Source of the DNA: Centroscyllium fabricii
Lineage: Eukaryota
Direction: 5' to 3'
Assembly (NCBI GenBank): GCA_051313645.2
Contig: JBNRSN020000029.1
Location: 11,222,001 to 11,286,000, forward strand
Length of the DNA: 64,000 nt
This document shows positions 56,082-64,000 of this stretch, in pieces. The notes below the pieces were generated by a model. That model was given only the letters and a program-made list of their open reading frames with translations. It was not told the DNA's origin and did no database searches. How positions within the stretch are numbered: position 1 is the stretch's first letter; every line of letters starts with the position of its first letter. A program made the translations under genes and the position numbers.

Positions 56082-59000
56082 TTAAATTAAAATTTGATTG
56101 ACCGGGGTGACGATGCACTCCAATCCCCCCGGCGCCCAACGGTCGCGAAAAGCCTCAAGCGTACCGTCGGACACCGCGTGCTCCATCTCCAGGGCCACCC
56201 GGGCGCAAACCTGGCCGCGAAAGAGAGGCAGGCAATCTGGTTGGACGGCCCCCTCAATGGCCCGCTGCCTGGACGAGTAGATGGACCTTTTCGCAAGTCC
56301 CAGGAGCAGACCGACGAGGAGATCCTCCAACCTGCCCGCTCCCCTCCGCACCGGATGGCCGTAGATCAGGAGCGTGGGACTGAAGTGCAACCAAAATTTG
56401 AGGAGCAGCCCCTTCAAATAATGATAGAGGGGCTGCAACCTCCCACATTCTACGTAAACATGGAACACGGACTCTTCCAGGCCGCAGAAATGACAGGTGG
56501 CCTGGGAGTCCGTGAACCGACTTAAAACTTTGTTGCACGGGGCTACTCCGTGCAACACTCTCCAGGCCAAGTCCCCAATATAACAGGGGAAGACTCCCGC
56601 GTAGAGAGCCCCCCATTGGGGACCTCCACCTCCGCCGGACGGCAAGATGGCACGCCAGGGCGTGTCCGGACGGCAGGCGAAGATGACAAAGTGGAGAGTG
56701 TGCAGGAGCAGCCCGTACAGGAAACGCCTCCGTGCGGTGTCAAAAGGCACGGAGGGCATCTCACCGAGACGGCTCAAGTTGTGAGGCGCCGGTCCCCGAG
56801 AGGGGTTTTGGGGCCGGGCGCCGATGAGGAATTCCGTCCGAACGGGGGTCAGCTCGGACGGGAGCACCCCACTTCTTTGAGCCGCCTCAATTCTTTTAGT
56901 GTAGCCAAGGCCCAACGCCACTTTCAGCGACTCGATGGCTTTGGCCGCGAGCCGGCCATTATCATGACCCAGACGCTGCGCCAGCTCCTCTGGCGCCATC
57001 CAGCCCGCTCCTCCGCCATCAAGCAGGTCCCTGACTATAGTCACCCTGCCAAGCACAGCTCTGTGTTCCGCCAGCCACCCGAACCCTCGGTCGCGGAGGT
57101 GCGGATTCCTGAGCAGCGGCTCTCGAAGGAGAGCCGCCACTCCTGACGGGAGAGAGGTGCGCCTGGAGGCGACGCTGTTCCAAACCCAAAGCAGTTCCTG
57201 GTAAAAGACAGGCAGCTCCCGAAAGCTGGCACGTGTAACGCCCACTTTCACAAACAGGAGCTGCGTGTCATAGTTGAGGCCGTGCAACTGGCGGAAGAAA
57301 TACGTCGCCATCGCACACCATCTAGGAGGATCCTCAACGTACAGGTATCTCTGCAGCGTCTGTAGACGGAAAGTCGCCGCCTGGGTGCGGAGGCACACCA
57401 GCGCCTGACCGCCCTCCCTAAGCGGGAGACACAGAACCGCGGCAGAGACCCAGTGCTTCCTTTTGTCCCAGAAGAAGTCGATGAGCTTCTTCTGTATCCT
57501 GGTGACAAAACCAGGGGGAGGGATCAAAGTGACCAACCGGTACCACAACATGGCGGCCACCAGCTGGTTTATGACTAGCGCTCGACCCCTGTAGGACAAC
57601 ACTCGGAGCAGTCCTGTCCAGCGCCCTAGGCGAACGGTGACTTTGGCCTCCAGCTCTTGCCAGTTCGCCGGCCAGGCTTCCTCGGCTGGGCTGAGGTGGA
57701 CTCCCAAGTAGAGGAGGTGCGTGGTGCTCCAGGCGAAAGGCCTGAACTCCTCCGGCAGGGAGTCCACCTGCCACTGACCCACCAGGAGTCCGGAACATTT
57801 CTCCCAGTTGATCCTGGCGGAGGATGCGTCCGAGTAAATCTGCTGGCATTCTCGCATCCTCCGCAGGTCAGCGGGATCCGTGACCATGAGGAGCACGTCA
57901 TCGGCGTAAGCCGAGAGGACAACCTCCACGCCCGGCCCTTGCAGAGCCAGTCCCGTCAACCTCTTCCGCAAGAGGCGCAGGAAAGGCTCCACGCAAACAG
58001 CATATAACTGACCGGACATGGGGCATCCCTGACGTACCCCCCTCCCAAAGCGAAGGGGCGCCGTTAAAGACCCGTTAACTTTAATCAGACACTCCGCGGC
58101 AGCGTACAAAAGTCGGATCCGGGCGACGAAATGCGTCCCGAACCCGAATGCGCGCAGAGTCCCGAAAAGGTACTCGTGATCCACCCTGTCGAACGCCTTC
58201 TCCTGATCCAGGGAAAGGAAGGCGACCGACATGCCAGCCCTCTGGGAATGGTGGAGCAGGGCCCGGACCAGATGGACGTTGTCGTGGATTGACCGGCCCG
58301 GGACCGTGTAGGACTGGTCGGGATGGATCATGTGGGCCAGCACGGTGCCAAGGCGGGCAGACATGGCCCTGGCAAAAATTTTGTAATCCGTGCTGAGGAG
58401 GGAGACCGGGCGCCAGTTTTTAAGGAGGCGGAGATCACCCTTCTTTGGCAACAGGACAATGACGGCCCTGCGCCACGAGAGGGGCATCTCCCCGGTCGCC
58501 ATACTTTCCCCCAGGACCCGCTGGTAATCGCCCCCCAGGACGTCCCAGAACGCCCTGTGGAACTCCACGGTCAGCCCGTCCAGCCCCGGGGACTTTCCCC
58601 TCGAGAGCTTGCCGAGGGCACCGGTCAGCTCCGCCTGACTTAGCGGAGCGTCCAATTGTTCGGCGCCCTCCGGACTGACCCTTGGCAGGTCCTCCCACAA
58701 AACTCTACGCGCATCCTCGCTGGACGGATCCGGAGAGAACAGAGACCCGTAAAAGGACCGGGTCTCCGCACTGATCCCCTCCGGATCCGAGACCAGAGAT
58801 CCGTCGTCGGCCAGCAGCATCAAGAGCTGCTTAAGGACCCCTCGCCTTTTTTCCAGCGAGTAGAAGAAGGGGGAGCCGCGGTCCAGATCCCGCAGGAACT
58901 GGATACGCGACCTCACGAACGCGCCTCGGGACCCGACGAGCTGCAGGTCCTTCAGCGCGGCCTTCTTTTCTTCGTACACCGTCCGCAGGGCCGGGTCCCC

Positions 59001-59981
59001 AACGACCTGACCAAGGCGGGACTCTAGGTCGAGCACTTCCTTCTCTACTCGCTCGACCTGAGCTTTCCGCCCCTTGGTCGACCCCCTCGCGTACTCCTGA
59101 CAGAAGAGACGGACGTGAGCCTTGCCCACGTCCCACCATAGCCTCAAGGAGGGGAAGCCCCCCTGCTTCCTTCTCCAGTCGGCCCAGAACCGACGGAACG
59201 AATCCCGGAATCGCGCGTCCTCCAGCAGCAGGTTGTTAAAATGCCAGTACGCGGACCCCCCCCGCGCGCGCAACAGAGCGAGCTCTGTCCACACCAGGTG
59301 GTGGTCCGTGCACGGCACCGGCCGCATGGAAGCCGCCCGAACACAGGAGACGTACGCCCGAGAAATGTAAAGGCGGTCGATTCGGGAGCCTCCTCCTCCA
59401 GACCTCACATAGGTGAAGGCGCTCGAGTCGGGATGGAGATTCCGCCAGACGTCCACCAAGTCGAAGGACCCGACCAGGTCCCTCAACTTCTCTGTCGATG
59501 CCGAGCTGTACGGATGACCCGAATGGTCCCTCGCCTCGAGGGTACAATTGAAATCCCCCCCGAGGATGATGCGCTCGCCGCCATCGATAGAGCTCAGAAG
59601 AGCGGACACTTCTTCAAAGAAGCCAACTTGCTGCGCACCGTACTTAGGGGCGTACATGTTCAAAAGATGGAGCGGCACGCCCCCGTGACGAACAGTGACC
59701 TGGAGCAAGCGGCCCGGCACGTGCTCCTTGACCCTCAAGATCTCCGGCTGAAAATGTGGGGCCAGCAAGATAGCCACCCCGCTGGACAAGTTGGAGAGGT
59801 GACTCATGCTGACCCCTCCTTGCCACTCCAGGAGCCACGTGGCCTCGTCTCCCGGAACGGTGTGGGTTTCTTGCAGGAAGCACACCGCATACTTCCCGTC
59901 CCGGAGGACCGAGAAATTGTTAAATCTACGGCGTGCCTCCCTGCTGCCATTGATGTTGAGGCTAGCTATAGTTATCTTCAT
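56082..59981 (-). CDS. Tx1-type ORF2: AP endonuclease, reverse transcriptase and C-terminal CCHC finger (1299 aa)
   Basis: APE motifs SLNING, FLQETH, GGDFN, SRIDR and TDH. RT motifs KSPGLDG, NWRPVSLL, LDQEKAFDRV, GVRQGCP and YADD. C-terminal CHFC..ESVFHVYVEC. Uninterrupted, with the architecture of Xenopus Tx1 ORF2. Confidence 0.97.
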   Translation of the reverse strand: MKITIASLNINGSREARRRFNNFSVLRDGKYAVCFLQETHTVPGDEATWLLEWQGGVSMSHLSNLSSGVAILLAPHFQPEILRVKEHVPGRLLQVTVRHGGVPLHLLNMYAPKYGAQQVGFFEEVSALLSSIDGGERIILGGDFNCTLEARDHSGHPYSSASTEKLRDLVGSFDLVDVWRNLHPDSSAFTYVRSGGGGSRIDRLYISRAYVSCVRAASMRPVPCTDHHLVWTELALLRARGGSAYWHFNNLLLEDARFRDSFRRFWADWRRKQGGFPSLRLWWDVGKAHVRLFCQEYARGSTKGRKAQVERVEKEVLDLESRLGQVVGDPALRTVYEEKKAALKDLQLVGSRGAFVRSRIQFLRDLDRGSPFFYSLEKRRGVLKQLLMLLADDGSLVSDPEGISAETRSFYGSLFSPDPSSEDARRVLWEDLPRVSPEGAEQLDAPLSQAELTGALGKLSRGKSPGLDGLTVEFHRAFWDVLGGDYQRVLGESMATGEMPLSWRRAVIVLLPKKGDLRLLKNWRPVSLLSTDYKIFARAMSARLGTVLAHMIHPDQSYTVPGRSIHDNVHLVRALLHHSQRAGMSVAFLSLDQEKAFDRVDHEYLFGTLRAFGFGTHFVARIRLLYAAAECLIKVNGSLTAPLRFGRGVRQGCPMSGQLYAVCVEPFLRLLRKRLTGLALQGPGVEVVLSAYADDVLLMVTDPADLRRMRECQQIYSDASSARINWEKCSGLLVGQWQVDSLPEEFRPFAWSTTHLLYLGVHLSPAEEAWPANWQELEAKVTVRLGRWTGLLRVLSYRGRALVINQLVAAMLWYRLVTLIPPPGFVTRIQKKLIDFFWDKRKHWVSAAVLCLPLREGGQALVCLRTQAATFRLQTLQRYLYVEDPPRWCAMATYFFRQLHGLNYDTQLLFVKVGVTRASFRELPVFYQELLWVWNSVASRRTSLPSGVAALLREPLLRNPHLRDRGFGWLAEHRAVLGRVTIVRDLLDGGGAGWMAPEELAQRLGHDNGRLAAKAIESLKVALGLGYTKRIEAAQRSGVLPSELTPVRTEFLIGARPQNPSRGPAPHNLSRLGEMPSVPFDTARRRFLYGLLLHTLHFVIFACRPDTPWRAILPSGGGGGPQWGALYAGVFPCYIGDLAWRVLHGVAPCNKVLSRFTDSQATCHFCGLEESVFHVYVECGRLQPLYHYLKGLLLKFWLHFSPTLLIYGHPVRRGAGRLEDLLVGLLLGLAKRSIYSSRQRAIEGAVQPDCLPLFRGQVCARVALEMEHAVSDGTLEAFRDRWAPGGLECIVTPVNQILI

Positions 59982-60009
59982 ATCAGCAGCACAATACTAA
60001 TTTTTTTTC

Positions 60010-62162
60010 TTATCGGGGGGGAAGAGCGCAGTCCGTGGACTTACGCCCCTTTTTCCGCAGCCCAGTGAGGAACTTTTGGAGCTGGCGCAGCTCGAGGTCA
60101 TTATCGCCCCTGTCCGCGGCCAAGGTTTTAATGGCGACGCGGACGGACAAAATGAGCGGCGCCAGCTCCGGCCACTTTTCGATGGCCTGACGGACCATTT
60201 TTGGGCGAACCGGGTGCGCGGCCACATATTTCCGGAGCTCTGCCACGGGGACGAGAGGAGACTCAGCGGGGGGCTCGGGGTCGTCCACCGCCTCATCGGC
60301 GATGGACTCTAGCTCATCGTCCTCGCCCAGCTCCGAGTCCCCGTCGCCCTCCGGAAGGTCACCACCGGCGTCCACTCCATCAGCCGCGCAAAACGCGACT
60401 GACGGCCCGGCCGCACCGTCCGACCCTGCCTCTGTCTCGATCCCACCCCCAGGATCGATGGCAGAGGAGTCCTCCCTGGGCTCCACCCGGGATGCCGGGC
60501 CAGAGGGAGGCAGCAGTTCGGGGCTCCCCTCCTCCTCAGGCGCCGGAGAGCACGGAGAGACGGGGACATAAACAAATGTTATGCTCTCCTGTGCGTCCGA
60601 CGCCAATGTCGAGGGAGGGGTGAGTGAGCCGTCACCTTCCCCGCCACCAACCACTGACCCAGCTTGTAGGGTACCCTGGTTAAAATCCTCGATGATGTCG
60701 AGCATAAACTGGGAAACCACGGTGCTGTCTTGGGCGAGGTCTATCCCTTCGACCTCGCCCTCCTCCGTCTCCAGTACGCTCGACCCACCGGGGCAAATTT
60801 TTTCCCCTTGAAGGTCTTGACGTTGCCGAGGTTGATCCGCGTCCCCCCCTCGGGCAGGGCCAGATCCCCATCCCCGGGAGACACGGGCAGGACATTCTCC
60901 TCCGCCCCACTCTCCCGCAAGACAGGCGACCCCTGCCCGTCTTTAGCAACTATAATGATTTTGGGAGGGGGCGCGGAGCACGACGACTCTGCTCCCTCGG
61001 GGGGACCGTTCTCGTGATCACGGCCCCCCTGCTGATCCTGGGAGTCGAAGTCCTGTTTTCTTTTTACGCTGAGGGGACCCTGAGGGGGGGCGACCTCCAT
61101 CTCTCCTAAGGCCACCCCCTCCTCCGTTCCCCCCGGCTGAATAGTTATTTCGGGCCCCTTTTTTCCGAGCCCTGCCGCAGGTGTTAAGTTTTCTGCCATA
61201 GCAGTGGCGGCCGCAGGCTCAGACTCGGGGCCCTCCTTGCTCCCATATTGTTCCCGCAGATTCTCAAGGTACTCGGGAGTCAGGACTGGCAGGTCTGGCT
61301 GTTGGGCATCCCCAGCTAGGGGACCCTCCCTCCTTTGTTTAGCCCTACTCCGCGTCCTCTTTTTGTCCGGACACGTTTCCTCCCCCCCGCCGGAGGCCGT
61401 GATGACATTGGCCTCCGACGACCCCCGCGCACCCGACTTCCGAGACGCGCGGTCTGGCTCTGGGGGAGGAGCGGCGCCGGTGCCCTTTTTGGCCGCACTA
61501 TTATTGGCGGCCTTGGAGGCGGGGCAGTTCCTCCTGATATGCCCCACCTCCTTACATACATGGCACCGCACGCCGTCCGTCGTCCAGAAGACGCGGTAGG
61601 CGGTCCCCTGGTGCAGCACGAGGAACGCGCCATCAGTGTCCTCCTCCTGCGCCAGCTGCATGTATAGCTGACGCCGGAAGGAGAAGACGTGGCGAAGGCT
61701 GGCCTCCCGGAACCCGAGCGGGATGGGCGTTATCCCCGACCTCACCTCCCCAAGTTTGCGTAGGTGGGGGAGAAGGAGCTCACCGGGAATATAGGGCGGG
61801 ATGTTCGAGAGGACCACCCTCTGCCCGGCGGCCTCAAGAGGGTCCACCGACAAGAAGGTGCCGCCCACGGTGAGCCCTTGTTCAATGGCCAGGGCCGCCG
61901 CCCGCTCGGATTTGAGGAAGAACACAGCCTTCCCATACATTTTAGAGGCCGCGACGATGGCTGAGGGGCCGACCACCCCAGCCATGGCCTTAACGCAAGC
62001 CTCTATTGTCATGGATGGGTGAGCGTAGCTCCTCACCCCCAGTTTCCTTGTCAGCAGCCGGAATGGTGACGGGGCATCAGGGGCAGCCGTGGTCTTGGCA
62101 GTGGATGCCACGGTTGCGTATGTTCCTGATGTCCCCGCCACCGGCGAAGGTAGTGTCGCCAT
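60010..62162 (-). CDS. Tx1-type ORF1 (nucleic-acid-binding protein with CCHC knuckle), split by one -1 frameshift near 60845
   Basis: ATG at 62162 (MATLPSP). Conserved N-terminal region (IVAASKMYGKAVFFL, VVLSNIPPYI, LRHVFSFRRQLYM) and knuckle CHVCKEVGHIRRNC. ORFs 60741-62198 and 60010-60720 join into about 717 aa if one base is added, for example in the C7 run at 60843-60849. Confidence 0.85.
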
Positions 62163-62399
62163 GCTACCAGGTGGGGGGGTTTTTGGAGCCACGCTCACCC
62201 CAAGTCACAGGCCTTAAGATGGAAAGTGGCCTCAGGTTTTGATTTTCCTCTTGAGCAGAGGGGGGTGGGGAGTGATTAGATAAAGACACACCCCTCCCCT
62301 TGATGACAGAAGGGGGAGGGGCCTTCTCCCCTCTGCTCAATTGGCAATAGAACAAAATAAATGAAAAGAAATAATTGAGGTGCCTCTATGGAAAGAGGC

Positions 62400-62421
62400 A
62401 GAGAGAGAGAGAGAGAGAGAG
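62400..62421. repeat. (GA)n microsatellite in the Tx1 5' UTR
   Basis: About 11 AG units, read directly. Confidence 0.9.
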
Positions 62422-62741
62422 GGGTGGTGGGAAGGAGGGAGACCACAAGGGTTGGGTCACCACTCAGGATGGATGGGTGGGTGGGTGTTGACAGGTAGGG
62501 GTACACTCTCTGATGGAAAGTTACAAAGTCTGTTGATGATGGTCTTCTGGTGGGGGGAGAAGATGTCTTCACCTGGGATAGCTGGAGATGCCCAGGCTCA
62601 GTCCTCAGTCCTCACCAGGTCTTTAACGATAATCAATTAAACAAATCAAAAGACTTCACCTAGGCAGCTCCAGCCGTCCCAGGCCAGGCAAATAGAAGGG
62701 GTGCTTTTAAGTGGTGTGCGTGGCCTAGTTTAAATAGGAAC

Positions 62742-62760
62742 CACACACACACACACACAC
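62742..62760. repeat. (CA)n microsatellite in the Tx1 5' UTR
   Basis: About 9-10 CA units, read directly. Confidence 0.9.
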
Positions 62761-63108
62761 CCCTTGATGGTCCGGCCTTCTGGTCCTCTTTTCTCCCCCC
62801 TCCTACAAATAAACACAGTCTTTGCGAGAGTGCACCCAATGAAACCACACCCACCTCAGATGGTTATTCTCCCTCCTTCTAAGCAGTTGGTGGTGATAAT
62901 GTCTTTCTCACCACTCTCTCCCTCTCCCGAAATGGAGGCCAATCTGGAAGGCAATGATGGGAAGGCCTCGATGTTGATGTTGGTTTCTTGGCCTTCCTTT
63001 CCTCTCCTCTCCTCCGTCCTCTCTCCCGAAGCACCTCTGCTTGACCAAATAATCTGGCAGCACTGGAGCTCCCCACACAAGCCTGCCTCCACGCAGCTAG
63101 GACTGCAC

Positions 63109-63434
63109 ACCAGCTGAGTTCATCGATCTGCAACTTCCTTGATCTGTCACGGCCACTCAGCACAGCAGAAAACCACCTCCTTCTAGTGGCCTGAAGAATG
63201 AATAATGGCAGTCCAGTCCCATGACGCATTACTCTCCAATGAACCAGCATCTGACCTCAGCCAACCTCCTGATTATATGCTAACCCCAGTAAGTACCCTA
63301 TTGGGTGATAGCCAATAATCCTGAGGGGCATGAGACCAGAGCACAACTTCCACACACATAGATAATAGAACAATTAATCACTTAACTAGGGAACCTATTC
63401 CTTAAAACAGCTGTGGAAGCACAGCAAAAACAGC
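63109..63434 (-). mobile_element. Resumed 5' LTR: a 309-bp duplicate of 55717-56025 plus 17 further LTR bases, then truncated
   Basis: 63109-63417 equals 55717-56025 except C55728/T63120. 63418-63434 continues the LTR as in 54844-54860. The last 34 LTR bases are absent. Confidence 0.93.
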
Positions 63435-63611
63435 ACTATTTTGTAAAGCGTAATGATACTGCAGTACCACTTCTGACCTCCGATGTATATAAGGTTCTGA
63501 GTGGAGTGATTTACTTAGTTCCATGCTCTGTTATCGATTAGTAAACACCTGTTTGTATTAACTCTGGAGTTGAGTCTTATTATCATACCATAAGATAGTA
63601 CGGACATAACA
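63435..63611 (+). mobile_element. Short or 5'-clipped LTR of a different Gypsy element
   Basis: TATATAA at about 63486, AGTAAA at about 63540, and an AACA end directly before a tRNA PBS. The start is uncertain (63435, or the TGT at 63442). Confidence 0.7.
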
Positions 63612-63612
63612 T

Positions 63613-63623
63613 TGGCGACGAGG
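63613..63623 (+). promoter_or_regulatory. Primer-binding site complementary to the 3' end of tRNA-Ser(GCU)
   Basis: TGGCGACGAGG lies 1 nt after the LTR CA. It is complementary to ...CCUCGUCGCCA, a PBS common in Mag-clade Gypsy elements. Confidence 0.8.
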
Positions 63624-64000
63624 TCGGTTGGACCCATGGTATTGGAAACAACAAGGAAGAAAAACAAAGGTTTTTTCTAAAGCCAAGAAGAAAAGAAAAA
63701 TTTTGCAGCGGCGACGGTCGAGTTCAAGGACCCACCCTGCACTCCAACAGTGGCAGCAGTTTCCAGAGTGGAACAAAAATAACGGAGACAGCCAGCACTC
63801 CAACATCGGGGAGTAGCGTTGGCAGCAAACGGAACGGCCAGCACTCCAACATCGGGGAGTGGCGTTGGCAACAGCGGCGGGAAATTAGCCACAGGATCAG
63901 GAGACGTCGAGCTGAGGACTCGACCAGCATCGGTTAGCGACGCCGACGGTGAAAAACACCGCGAACAAAGGCGGGAAGGCTACAGAAGCCAGCCGACAAT
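63624..64000 (+). mobile_element. 5' internal region of the Gypsy element (runs off the window)
   Basis: Follows the PBS and is CpG-rich. A 34-bp direct repeat lies at 63791-63824 and 63837-63870. No recognisable gag yet. Confidence 0.55.

Larger units (their letters stand above)
56026..63108 (-). mobile_element. Full-length Tx1-clade non-LTR retrotransposon (about 7.1 kb)
   Basis: About 0.95-kb 5' UTR, ORF1 with a zinc knuckle, a 28-nt spacer, an intact ORF2, and a 56-nt 3' UTR ending AAAAGAGA. GC- and CpG-rich. Bounded by a 309-bp direct repeat of LTR sequence. Confidence 0.95.

Noticed and set aside
56087-62242. Many short overlapping or antisense ORFs inside the Tx1 element
   Set aside because: These are expected shadows of GC-rich coding sequence and carry no motifs.

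Overview
Eukaryotic, fully repetitive DNA with no host protein-coding gene. It is most likely from a cartilaginous fish, inferred from an HE1-type V-SINE and CR1 LINEs with TTCTATG-type tails. Bases 1-47313 are one very long minisatellite of the 18-bp unit TACACTGAACACAGCCCC with multi-kb higher-order duplications. The TLNTAP/YTEHSP/GAVFSV/CVQCRG ORFs there are by-products of the unit being a multiple of 3. The array is interrupted once, by a SINE with a swapped CR1 tail (28240-28637). Bases 47312-64000 are a nested stack of mobile elements. A CR1 fragment carries an 18-bp-TIR MITE that holds a 491-bp near-perfect nested palindrome. An internally deleted class I ERV (3' LTR, PPT, env TM remnant) has its LTR split by a second CR1. 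A non-coding LTR element (two ~1-kb LTRs, 178-bp interior) shows an 11-nt Tf1/sushi-type self-priming signature. A full-length Tx1-clade LINE with an intact 1299-aa ORF2 sits in one of those LTRs, flanked by a 309-bp direct repeat. The window ends in the start of a tRNA-Ser-primed Gypsy element. The strongest leads are the 309-bp apparent target-site duplication (which also places an LTR promoter upstream of the LINE), the minimal self-priming LTR element, and the foldback MITE. All coordinates and identities were read by eye and need confirming by alignment.
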